Shown here: piece after piece, positions 40,219-50,715 of the stretch
Layout: every line of letters starts with the position of its first letter
Position numbering within the stretch: position 1 is the stretch's first letter
Assembly: GCA_028284225.1 (NCBI GenBank)
Contig: JANQSD010000011.1
Span: 196,333 to 260,332 of the forward strand
Direction: 5' to 3'
DNA: 64,000 bases
Origin: Arenicellales bacterium
Lineage (GTDB): Bacteria; Pseudomonadota; Gammaproteobacteria; Arenicellales; JAHEKD01
Notes under the pieces: model-generated
What the model saw: only the letters and a program-made list of their open reading frames with translations
The model's database searches: none
What the model was told of the DNA's origin: nothing
Translations under genes and position numbers: made by a program

Positions 40219-42144
40219 ATGGCTGGGGGAAGCTTGATAAAAAATAAACCGATAACATTCATCGCTTCTGTTGGCAAACGCTTACGCTCAGTTGTTGAGC
40301 GCTGGAAGGTTTTTCTTCACGACTTGATCGCTATTCCTATTGCCTGGCTGGGTGCATATTGGCTGCGCTATAACATGGGTGTGATACCCGAAGTATTTGT
40401 TCAGCAGGCCGAATTATTGTTGCCTTATGTAGTCATTACTCAAGTGCTGGTTTACATCATTTTTGGTGTTCACAAGGGATTATGGCGATTTACCTCCATG
40501 CCAGATCTGGTTTTGATCATTAAATCGACATTACTCAGCACAATTATCATTACCCTGGTTATTTTCTTCGTGACACGATTGACCTATGTACCGCGCTCGG
40601 TATTTGTGTTTTATCCGATTTTATTAATGGCCATTCTTTGCGCCTCAAGAATTGCGTATCGATTATTAAAAGATCAGCATTTTTCCACTCAGATGGGACG
40701 CAGGGCACTAGTTGTTGGAGCTGGCGTGGCAGGAGAGCAGGTAGTTAGAGATTTAAAACGCGTCGTTCCACAAATGTATGACCCGGTAGCGTTTGTTGAT
40801 GATGATCCGGCCAAAGTCGGGCAGGAAGTTCGTGGTATTCCTGTGGTGGCAACATCAGAAAAAATCGGTGAGTTATGTGAAAAGCTTGCGATCGAGCTGG
40901 TCATCATTGCTATTCCCAGTGCAAATGACAAGCAAATGCAGCGTATTGTTCAGTTATGTGAAGAATCGGGTGTTAACTTTAGAACCCTTCCGGGTGTACA
41001 GGATATTGTTAGCGGCCGGGTCAATATTAATGACATGCGTGAGGTGCAAATAGAGGATTTGCTTGGACGCGAACCTGTTTCACTTGAGTGGGATGAAATC
41101 AGAGCATCGTTGACCGGCAAAACGGTTTTAGTGACAGGTGGGGGTGGTTCAATCGGCAGCGAGTTAAGTCGTCTGGTTGCAGAATTTAATCCGCTGCAAC
41201 TGATTATTTTTGAACAAAGTGAATTTAATTTGTACAAGATTGATCATGAACTCACGCAACGTCATCCGCAGCTGAAACTCATTACCATCCTTGGCGATGT
41301 TTGCGACAAAAAACTTATCAATCACATATTTTCAGCATTTAGACCTAATATTGTTTTTCATGCTGCGGCTTACAAGCATGTGCCGATTTTACAGGGCCAG
41401 CTGCGTGAAGGTGCTAAGAATAATGTGCTGGGAACACGCAATGTGGCCCTGGCGGCCGATGAATACGGAGCGGATCGTTTTGTCTTCATTTCCACTGACA
41501 AAGCAGTTAACCCGACCAACTGGATGGGTGTCACAAAACGGGTTGCTGAGGTGTTGTGCCAGGCGCTGGATACTGAGTCAGAAACCTCATACGTGATCGT
41601 GCGATTTGGCAATGTACTCGATTCAGCAGGAAGTGTAGTGCCACTGTTTAGACAACAGTTACGTAAGGGCGGGCCTATCACTGTGACTCATCCTGATGTT
41701 ACCCGTTATTTTATGACCATCCGCGAGGCCTCCCAGTTGATTCTGGAGGCGAGTTCATTCGGAGAAAATGGCGAAATTTATGTGCTGGATATGGGTAAAC
41801 CCATCAAAATAGCCTTTTTGGCCGAACAAATGGTCAGATTAAGCGGCAAGGAACCCGGTAAAGACATCGACATCGTTTTTACAGGCTTGCGCCCGGGGGA
41901 AAAATTGGAAGAAGAATTGTTTTATCCTGACGAAATGTTGACTGCAACAGGCTATGAAAAAATCTTTCTGGCAAATAGCCGCAAATTTAAATGGCTTGAT
42001 GTGGAAAAATCGATTCAATCCATTGAAATACATATCGATAACTTTGATGAGGCAATGATTGCTGATGAGTTGCATTTACTGGTGCCGGAAATCCGTTCTC
42101 AGATATGCATGGCAATGCCCCCGCTGATACCAAGCGTAGCCTGA
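40219..42144 (+). CDS. WbpM/CapD/PglF-like UDP-GlcNAc 4,6-dehydratase
   Basis: Four N-terminal TMs, EDLLGR, GGGGSIGSEL, HAAAYKHVP, STDKAVNP, GLRPGEKL.EEL. Confidence 0.92.
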   Translation: MAGGSLIKNKPITFIASVGKRLRSVVERWKVFLHDLIAIPIAWLGAYWLRYNMGVIPEVFVQQAELLLPYVVITQVLVYIIFGVHKGLWRFTSMPDLVLIIKSTLLSTIIITLVIFFVTRLTYVPRSVFVFYPILLMAILCASRIAYRLLKDQHFSTQMGRRALVVGAGVAGEQVVRDLKRVVPQMYDPVAFVDDDPAKVGQEVRGIPVVATSEKIGELCEKLAIELVIIAIPSANDKQMQRIVQLCEESGVNFRTLPGVQDIVSGRVNINDMREVQIEDLLGREPVSLEWDEIRASLTGKTVLVTGGGGSIGSELSRLVAEFNPLQLIIFEQSEFNLYKIDHELTQRHPQLKLITILGDVCDKKLINHIFSAFRPNIVFHAAAYKHVPILQGQLREGAKNNVLGTRNVALAADEYGADRFVFISTDKAVNPTNWMGVTKRVAEVLCQALDTESETSYVIVRFGNVLDSAGSVVPLFRQQLRKGGPITVTHPDVTRYFMTIREASQLILEASSFGENGEIYVLDMGKPIKIAFLAEQMVRLSGKEPGKDIDIVFTGLRPGEKLEEELFYPDEMLTATGYEKIFLANSRKFKWLDVEKSIQSIEIHIDNFDEAMIADELHLLVPEIRSQICMAMPPLIPSVA

Positions 42145-42911
42145 TGACATACCCTGTTACGGCCGTTATTGGCGGTAGTGGCCTGACTCAACTTTGCGAT
42201 TTGCAAATTACTGAGCAAGACGTTGTTAATACGCCTTATGGTGAACCTTCAGGTCCGCTGCTTAGTGGTAAATTAGGTGATCAAAATATTGCTTTTCTAG
42301 CTCGACATGGTCATGGCCATAGTATTGCTCCGCATAAAGTTAATTATCGTGCCAATATTTGGGCACTAAAAGAAAAAGGTATCAGAACCATTATTGCTGT
42401 CGGTGCGGTAGGTACCATCAATACAGAGTTTGCCGATGGCAGTCTGGTTATACCTGACCAGTTGATCGATTACACCCATTCACGATCACACACGTTTTTT
42501 GATGGTGAATCAAATAGCCTTAAGCACGTCGATTTCACCCATCCCTATACCCCTAAGCTCAGACAGGTCCTTATTGATTGTGCAGCAGAAAATGCTATTA
42601 ACGTGCATGATCAGGCCACTTATGCAGTAACGCAGGGGCCGCGTCTTGAGACTGCTGCTGAAATTCAGAAATACAAAAGGGATGGCGCGGACCTGGTGGG
42701 GATGACCAGCATGCCTGAAGCTGCATTGGCCCGCGAAGCAGGTATGCATTACGTCTTGATCGCACTCGTCGTCAACGCCGCTGCGGGACTGCAATCGAAT
42801 CCGATCAGTATTGAACAGGTTATGCAGACTCTTGAACAAAATAAATCTAAAGTAATTGAGTTGATTAGTTATTCGCTGAGCCGAATTAATCAGCTAGAAG
42901 CTATCTCATAA
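42144..42911 (+). CDS. mtnP: S-methyl-5'-thioinosine/thioadenosine phosphorylase
   Basis: TPYGEPS, LARHG..H...PH.VNYRAN, QGPRLET.AEI, GMT.MPEA.LARE, VVN.AAG. Confidence 0.88.
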   Translation: MTYPVTAVIGGSGLTQLCDLQITEQDVVNTPYGEPSGPLLSGKLGDQNIAFLARHGHGHSIAPHKVNYRANIWALKEKGIRTIIAVGAVGTINTEFADGSLVIPDQLIDYTHSRSHTFFDGESNSLKHVDFTHPYTPKLRQVLIDCAAENAINVHDQATYAVTQGPRLETAAEIQKYKRDGADLVGMTSMPEAALAREAGMHYVLIALVVNAAAGLQSNPISIEQVMQTLEQNKSKVIELISYSLSRINQLEAIS

Positions 42912-43045
42912 ATGTCTTTTATGTGTTTATACGTTGTATTCGATTCACTCAAATGCTCATGTACTAGCGTGTACACTGTGTGTTTCGTGAATCTCAAGCC
43001 TCGTCTAAACCCAAAAATCCTATTTATGAAACAGCTTCTAGTTGA
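42890..43045. repeat. RPE-like palindromic element overlapping the 3' ends of mtnP and mfd
   Basis: Arms TCAGCTAGAAGCTATCTCATAAAT and (reverse complement) TCAACTAGAAGCTGTTTCATAAAT, 21/24 identical; inner GATTCAC/GTGAATC and TGTAC/GTACA stems. Confidence 0.8.
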
Positions 43046-46000
43046 CTGAGTACGGTCTTAATTTGTTTAACCCGGTCATCTTTGTCCGGTAACTCTTTTT
43101 TAATGTTCAAGCGGCCGTTGCCTTGCAATTGATAAGTTTGGTGTTGTTGCTGGATCAAGTTAATCAGTTTAATCGGGTCGAAATTAGGCTCATCGACAAA
43201 TTCAAAATAACCGCCATTTTGCCCCAATTGCACACGAGTGATACCGAGCTGCTGTGCCTTAGGCTTAAGTGCTGCCAACTCTAATAATAATTTGACCGGG
43301 TCGGGCAGAAACCCGAAACGATCAGCCAATTCGATTTTTAACTCATTGAATTCATTATCATTCTGGGTGCTCGCTATGCGCTTGTAAAATACCAGCCGCA
43401 TGTGCACATCGGGAATGAATGTTTCAGGCAATAATGCAGGCAACTCAATGTCAATCTCACTATTGTTGCTTGGAGTATCCCAAGCAATGTGCTTGTCCTT
43501 TCGATTGAGTGAACGTATAGCCTGATTTAAATACTGACTGTAAAGACTAAAGCCAACTTGATCGATAGTACCGCTTTGCGCTTCGCCCAGGAGTTCACCT
43601 GCACCACGTATTTCAAGATCATGTGAGGCGAGTGCAAAACCTGCACCCAGTTCTTTTAGGGATGCAATGGCATCGAGGCGTTTTTGTGCATCTTTGGTGA
43701 TAGTTTTGAAACTGTCCACTAATAGATAGGCAAAGGCTTGGTGGTGCGAGCGTCCGACTCGGCCGCGCAGTTGATGCAGCTGTGCTAATCCGAAGCGATC
43801 AGCCTTATTGATAATAATCGTATTAGCTGCAGGATTATCAATGCCGCTTTCGACGATAGTTGTGCAAATAAATACGTTAAAGCGTCGGTGGTAAAAATTT
43901 TGCATCACTGTTTCGAGTTGATGCTCCGGCATTTGTCCATGACCAACCCCGATGGTGATTTCAGGTACCAGTGCCTGTAATTCTTCCATCTGTTGAGGGA
44001 TTGTGCGGACATCGTTATGCAGAAAATAAACCTGTCCACCACGACGGACTTCTCGCTGAATGGCTTCCTTTATCAACCCTTTGTTGCGTTCACGCACAAA
44101 TGTTTGTACGGACAAGCGATCTTTGGGCGGCGTCGAGATGATGGAAATATCCCTCATGCTGGACATGGTTTGGTTCAGTGTCCGTGGTATAGGGGTCGCT
44201 GTTAAGGTCAATATATCGACTTCATGACGCAGTTTCTTTAAGCGCTCTTTTTGGCGGACACCAAAGCGATGTTCTTCATCCAGTATCAATAATCCCAGGC
44301 GTTTGAAATCTATATCCGCTTGCAACAATCGATGTGTACCGATGACTACATCAACCTGCCCATCTGCGACCTGCCTCAATGTTTGCTTGATTTGCGCAGC
44401 TGTTTTGAATCGTGACAGCAACTGGATATTGATAGCCTGGCCGACAAAACGGTTCTGGAAAGTGTCGAAGTGCTGTTGTGCCAACAAAGTGGTGGGTACC
44501 AACATGGCGACTTGTTTGTTGTTGTACGCAGCAACAAAGGCAGCACGTATCGCTACCTCGGTTTTACCAAATCCTACATCACCGCAAACCAGTCGATCCA
44601 TGGGTTTTTGTTTGACCATATCGTTGATCACTTCAGTAATGGCCTGATGCTGATCCAGGGTTTCCTGATAGTCAAAACTGGCTGCAAATAAATCAAGTTC
44701 TGCTTGAGGAATTTTGAATTTAAAACCTTTGCGAGCTTCACGTATTGCCTGAACTTCTAAAAGCTCAACCGCAACATCATAGGCTTTTTCTTTGGCCTTT
44801 TTCTTCAATTTCTCCCACTGATCGCTGCCAAGATGATGCAGAGGTGCGGTTTCAGGTGAACTGGTGGTGTAACGGCTGATTAAATGTAGCGATAAAACGG
44901 GCACATAGAGCTTGGCTTCTTCTTGATACTCAATCACCATAAATTCAGTGGTGATGTTATCCAGGGTAATGGTTGTAAGTCCTTTGTAGCGACCAATACC
45001 ATGATTTTCATGCACCACCGGGTCATCAATTTTAAGTTCCGCCAGTGAACGAATAATTGATTCGGGGTCATGTTTGACAGTCGATTTGCGATTTACAACT
45101 GTACGTTCGCCATACAACTGGGTTTCACAGATGATCTCAAGGTCACTTTCCCCGACCAGCATGCCACGTTCAATCGGTGCAACCGACGTGGTTAGTTTGG
45201 CCGATTGATTAACAAAAGACGCCCAATCGTCAACATGCTTGGGCACTAGTTGATGTTGCTCCAGAATTGAAACGAGGGCTTCGTGACGACCTGCTGATTC
45301 AGCAGCAATTAAAATTCTCCTATCTGCCGCTACCTTTATATGATCGATAAGTTTTTGATAAGGCTGTTGTGATTTCGGATCAACCTCTAAAAGAGCAGGC
45401 TCATGAGTTTGAAACTCAAAGCCGGAGTGTTTTGATTTGCCGTAGTTAACAACGATGTTTTTATGTTTATTAATCTGTTGTTTGACCATATTCGGCTTTA
45501 AATAAAGTTGTTCCGGCGGCAAGACCCGGCGTGAAGGGTCGAGATTCGCATTACTAAAGCGGTCTTCGATATCAGCATGAATCAATTCGGCTTGATCAAA
45601 TAAATCCTCGGACTGGATCACCAGGGTATCGGGGTGTAAGTAATCGAATAAACAGGCGGTTTGTTCAAAAAATAAGGGGAAATAAAATTCCAACCCGGGG
45701 CTGGCATGATGATTGCTGACATCATTGTAGATGGTTTGCTGCTTCGGGTCTCCTTCAAAAACTTTACGAAAATTTTCTCTAAAAAAGCTAACGGCCTCAT
45801 CATGCAAAGGAAACTCACGTGCGGGTAGTAGTTCGATTGATTCAATCTTTTCTGTAGTACGTTGGCTTTGGGGTTCAAAATATTTGAGGCTTTCAACTTC
45901 GTCATCGAATAGATCAATCCGCAGTGGTGCCTGACTGCCCATAGGGAAAACGTCCAACAGGCCACCGCGGACAGCATATTCTCCCGGGGCCATGACTTGT

Positions 46001-46479
46001 GAAACAGAAAGATAAGCAGCATTTTGTAATTTGCTTCGAAAATCATTCAAATCCAGTCGGTCGCCTGTTTTTATTTTGAAGCTGAACCCGCTGATGTACT
46101 CTACCGGAGGTAGCTTTTGCATCAAGTTGGCCAGCGTCACGACCACTATGCCGGGTGTCAACTCGGTTAGATCTGACAGCACTGACAAGCGGTTGGAGAT
46201 GATTTCTTGATGAGGGGAAAAGCGATCATAGGGCAAACATTCCCAATCAGAGAAAAACCGTACTTGATTTGAATCTGTCAGAAAGAACTTGAATTCCTCA
46301 ACGATTTGTTCCGCTCTGCGAGCATTATCAGCAATAAATAATAGGGGCCTTTTTTGTTGCTCAAACAGTTTAGTAATGGCTAAAGTCATTGCACACCCGT
46401 GTAGCCCCATCCAGTAGGTCGATGAGTGATCACTCAGACTGGGATTAAATATATCTGCCTTGATGATTTGTGGGGTCAC
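43024..46479 (-). CDS. mfd: Transcription-repair coupling factor
   Basis: DWECLPYD.FSP, VVHENHGIGRY, CGDVGFGKTEVA, DEEHRFGV, TATPIPRT, QLRGRVGRS. Confidence 0.97.
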   Translation of the reverse strand: MTPQIIKADIFNPSLSDHSSTYWMGLHGCAMTLAITKLFEQQKRPLLFIADNARRAEQIVEEFKFFLTDSNQVRFFSDWECLPYDRFSPHQEIISNRLSVLSDLTELTPGIVVVTLANLMQKLPPVEYISGFSFKIKTGDRLDLNDFRSKLQNAAYLSVSQVMAPGEYAVRGGLLDVFPMGSQAPLRIDLFDDEVESLKYFEPQSQRTTEKIESIELLPAREFPLHDEAVSFFRENFRKVFEGDPKQQTIYNDVSNHHASPGLEFYFPLFFEQTACLFDYLHPDTLVIQSEDLFDQAELIHADIEDRFSNANLDPSRRVLPPEQLYLKPNMVKQQINKHKNIVVNYGKSKHSGFEFQTHEPALLEVDPKSQQPYQKLIDHIKVAADRRILIAAESAGRHEALVSILEQHQLVPKHVDDWASFVNQSAKLTTSVAPIERGMLVGESDLEIICETQLYGERTVVNRKSTVKHDPESIIRSLAELKIDDPVVHENHGIGRYKGLTTITLDNITTEFMVIEYQEEAKLYVPVLSLHLISRYTTSSPETAPLHHLGSDQWEKLKKKAKEKAYDVAVELLEVQAIREARKGFKFKIPQAELDLFAASFDYQETLDQHQAITEVINDMVKQKPMDRLVCGDVGFGKTEVAIRAAFVAAYNNKQVAMLVPTTLLAQQHFDTFQNRFVGQAINIQLLSRFKTAAQIKQTLRQVADGQVDVVIGTHRLLQADIDFKRLGLLILDEEHRFGVRQKERLKKLRHEVDILTLTATPIPRTLNQTMSSMRDISIISTPPKDRLSVQTFVRERNKGLIKEAIQREVRRGGQVYFLHNDVRTIPQQMEELQALVPEITIGVGHGQMPEHQLETVMQNFYHRRFNVFICTTIVESGIDNPAANTIIINKADRFGLAQLHQLRGRVGRSHHQAFAYLLVDSFKTITKDAQKRLDAIASLKELGAGFALASHDLEIRGAGELLGEAQSGTIDQVGFSLYSQYLNQAIRSLNRKDKHIAWDTPSNNSEIDIELPALLPETFIPDVHMRLVFYKRIASTQNDNEFNELKIELADRFGFLPDPVKLLLELAALKPKAQQLGITRVQLGQNGGYFEFVDEPNFDPIKLINLIQQQHQTYQLQGNGRLNIKKELPDKDDRVKQIKTVLSQLEAVS

Positions 46480-46539
46480 GGCGAAAACATGTAACGGTTA
46501 TAATCGCAGGAATTGTAACCGCTGATGAAATAGTGACAA

Positions 46540-47250
46540 GTGAATCATGAGCAAATAAGTATTTGGGCCATTATTCCTGCCGCCGGAATAGGCCGGCGCA
46601 TGGGCGTTTCAATACCGAAGCAATATTTACAACTAGCGGGGAAAACGGTATTAGAGCATAGCATTGATAAACTGCTGAGCTGTGACTTAATCAATGGCCT
46701 TGCCCTAGGGATTGCTGAAAACGATGAGCATTGGGATAGCCTGCGAGTACAGCATCCACGGTTTTTGGGACATTATCAAGGCGGTGAGGAGCGAATTCAT
46801 ACCGTTCTACATGGACTAGATTTTTTGCAAAGTCACGCCGGCGACAACGATTGGATATTGGTGCACGATGCCGTGCGGCCCTGTGTTGAAGTTGCAGCTA
46901 TAAAACATTTAATCCAGCAAGGTTTAGCAACTAATTCAGGCGCAATATTGGCCAATAGAGTCGTTGATACGGTTAAAAGAATCGATAACCAGGATCAAAT
47001 CCAACAGACCCTGGACAGAAACGAGCTCGCCTTGGCGCAGACGCCGCAGTTATTTCCATTAAGGATTTTAAAACAAGCACTGACAACGGCGCTAGAAAAC
47101 AATCAGCTAAGTACTGATGAATCAGCAGCAGTAGAAGCCTTAGGTTTGAAACCGTTAATCATTGAAGGTAAGCGTACTAACATTAAGATTACGACAGCAG
47201 AAGATTTGGAATTGGCTGAAGTGTTTTTAAGCGATGCAGCATCGCTATGA
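46540..47250 (+). CDS. ispD: 2-C-methyl-D-erythritol 4-phosphate cytidylyltransferase
   Basis: IPAAGIGRRM...PKQY, VHDAVRP, AQTPQ, NIKITT.EDL. Confidence 0.95.
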   Translation: MNHEQISIWAIIPAAGIGRRMGVSIPKQYLQLAGKTVLEHSIDKLLSCDLINGLALGIAENDEHWDSLRVQHPRFLGHYQGGEERIHTVLHGLDFLQSHAGDNDWILVHDAVRPCVEVAAIKHLIQQGLATNSGAILANRVVDTVKRIDNQDQIQQTLDRNELALAQTPQLFPLRILKQALTTALENNQLSTDESAAVEALGLKPLIIEGKRTNIKITTAEDLELAEVFLSDAASL

Positions 47251-47254
47251 TGGA

Positions 47255-47289
47255 CTGGATTCCTGCTCCCCGCCTTCGCGGGAATGACG
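47255..47289. repeat. dRS3/REP-like half element
   Basis: CTGGATTCC..CCCGCCTTCGCGGGAATGACG between ispD and ispF. Confidence 0.65.
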
Positions 47290-47340
47290 AGTATGTTTAT
47301 CAAAGTATAATTTAGCTAACAATTAATAAGTAATTTAACA

Positions 47341-47847
47341 ATGACAGACTTAAGAATAGGCACTGGGTTTGATGTGCACGCTTTTGCAGATAAGCGAGAG
47401 CTGATAATCGGCGGGGTTAATATCCCATATGAAAAGGGGTTGGTTGGGCACTCAGATGCCGATGTTTTATTGCATGCTATAAGTGATGCCTTGCTTGGTG
47501 CATTAGCCTTGGGTGATATCGGCAAACATTTTCCGGATACTGATCTGGAATATAAAAACGCCGATAGCCGCGAGTTATTACGACAAGTAAGACAACTCAT
47601 TGATAATAAAGGCTTTGAAGTCACTAACCTGGACAGCACTATTATTGCCCAAGCACCCAAGATGGCTCCTCATATCGATGACATGCGGCAGAATATCGCT
47701 GATGATTTGCAGATAAAAGTCAGCCTAGTCAGTGTAAAGGCCACGACTACAGAAAGATTAGGATTTATTGGTAGGGGTGAGGGGATTGCGAGTCAAGCTA
47801 GTGTTTTGCTTAAACCGAAGCAGTATATTGATCCAAGAAATAAATAG
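47341..47847 (+). CDS. ispF: MECDP synthase
   Basis: [34 protein letters not shown]. Confidence 0.97.
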   Translation: MTDLRIGTGFDVHAFADKRELIIGGVNIPYEKGLVGHSDADVLLHAISDALLGALALGDIGKHFPDTDLEYKNADSRELLRQVRQLIDNKGFEVTNLDSTIIAQAPKMAPHIDDMRQNIADDLQIKVSLVSVKATTTERLGFIGRGEGIASQASVLLKPKQYIDPRNK

Positions 47848-47907
47848 CCCTGTTACTTTGTTGGCTCACAAAGTAAGCAAATGAGCTAGCTACTAAAAAA
47901 AATAACT

Positions 47908-47935
47908 CGTCATCCCGGACTTGATCCGGGATCTC
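47908..47935. repeat. REP-like hairpin, outer left flank of the cargo cassette
   Basis: CGTCATCCCGGACTTGATCCGGGATCTC. Confidence 0.75.
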
Positions 47936-47953
47936 CTAAAGACTGTTCGGGCC

Positions 47954-48123
47954 TTGTTACTTTTGTTTTGGCAAAAGTAACCAAAACCATTTACTCCTGA
48001 TCGCAGCCCTTCGGGTTCCCTGCGCTTCTCGGATTATGTCGGCGTTGCGGAACTCGGCTATCGCCTCAAACAGTCCTCGCGCTTGTTGACATAATCCTGC
48101 GATGCTCGGCTGCTATAAGTCGC
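47954..48123 (+). repeat. ~170-bp structured repeat, left copy
   Basis: Starts with hairpin GTTACTTTTG..CAAAAGTAAC; reverse complement aligns along its whole length with 48830-49004. Confidence 0.9.
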
Positions 48124-48308
48124 ACGTACTTAAGTTGAATGTACAGCGATGTACTCTTAAATTTGTTTGAAATCTACCTCTTATTTTACCAACGTAATGC
48201 CGATAAAATAATTTAATCCAAGTTAACAATACTTAAAGATGACTAATGATAATATAAAGAATGATTAATTCTTTTACCTATTAAAAAGTAAATAATCAAT
48301 AAAAAATC

Positions 48309-48740
48309 ATGGAAATTTCAAACTGGATTACACTTGCGACAGGTTTGGTCGCAGGACTGGGTATAGGTTCAGTTATAACTACATTGGTTCAATATTTCTT
48401 AAAGAAACGTTCGTACGCCTTGCAAAGTCAGCGTGAAGATTTAGAAAAAAGATATAAGGTTATAATTTTATTGATGTACGCAGCCGTTGAATATGAAAAA
48501 AGTAAAAAATTTCTGCGGATACATCGTCCTGATTTAAAAAATCAGCAGGATGTTTTCGAGGAGTTAAAAGCTGAATGGTACAACATGATTTTGTTTGCAT
48601 CAGAAAAGACACAACAGGAATTACATTCCTTTATAGAAAATCCTGATATTGAAAACCTGAAAGCTACGGCAATAGCGATGCGAACTGATTTAGGGAGAGG
48701 AAAATTGGACCATATGATTAAAGAACTTACATTTTCCTAA
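48309..48740 (+). CDS. AT-rich hypothetical protein with an N-terminal TM helix (cargo gene)
   Basis: 143-aa ORF, hydrophobic WITLATGLVAGLGIGSVITTLVQYFL then basic KKR and a helical domain. Confidence 0.75.
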   Translation: MEISNWITLATGLVAGLGIGSVITTLVQYFLKKRSYALQSQREDLEKRYKVIILLMYAAVEYEKSKKFLRIHRPDLKNQQDVFEELKAEWYNMILFASEKTQQELHSFIENPDIENLKATAIAMRTDLGRGKLDHMIKELTFS

Positions 48741-48780
48741 CGTCAGGTTCAATCATTCAATAGTTTCCCCAATTTTATCA

Positions 48781-48810
48781 CTAGATTCCGGATCGTTGTC
48801 CGGAATGGCG
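48781..48810. repeat. REP-like hairpin, inverted relative to 47908-47935
   Basis: Reverse complement CGCCATTCCGGACAACGATCCGGAATCTAG resembles CGTCATCCCGGACTTGATCCGGGATCTC. Confidence 0.7.
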
Positions 48811-48829
48811 ACGGTGAGTTTGTGCTCTC

Positions 48830-49004
48830 GCGACTTAAAGCAGCCGAGCATCGCAGAATTATATCGATAAGCGCGAGGACTGTTTGAGCGAGTGAAGCGA
48901 GTGAGTTCCGTAGCGCCGATATAATCCGAGAAGCACAGGGAAGCCGAAGGCCTGCGATCAGGAGAAAACATTTTTGGATACTTTTGATGTCTCAAAAGTA
49001 TCAA
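48830..49004 (-). repeat. ~170-bp structured repeat, right copy (inverted)
   Basis: GCGACTTAAAGCAGCCGAGCATCGCAG...GATACTTTTG..CAAAAGTATCAA, inverted homolog of 47954-48123. Confidence 0.9.
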
Positions 49005-49009
49005 TTCAA

Positions 49010-49038
49010 GAGATCCCTCACATTCGTTCGGGATGACG
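49010..49038. repeat. REP-like half element, outer right flank
   Basis: GAGATCCC...CGGGATGACG, complementary to the CGTCATCCCG and GGGATCTC ends of 47908-47935. Confidence 0.7.
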
Positions 49039-49044
49039 CGAGCG

Positions 49045-50608
<1,564 letters not shown>

Positions 50609-50715
50609 TCAGTGAAGCTCAAAAGGTGACAATTGTGTTAACTGAATAAAGCCTTGGTATATTGGCGTTATACGCTACAATACCCGCATCCGTATAATGA
50701 CTGAAATGAGTTACC

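Noticed and set aside
48734-48830. Integron attC site after the cargo gene (CCTAAC at the stop)
   Set aside because: No complementary GTTRRRY with the required L/R box spacing could be found, and no integron integrase is in the window.
48753-49004. 83-aa minus-strand ORF
   Set aside because: It is a translation of the 170-bp repeat and the adjacent REP-like hairpin, with no independent coding evidence.
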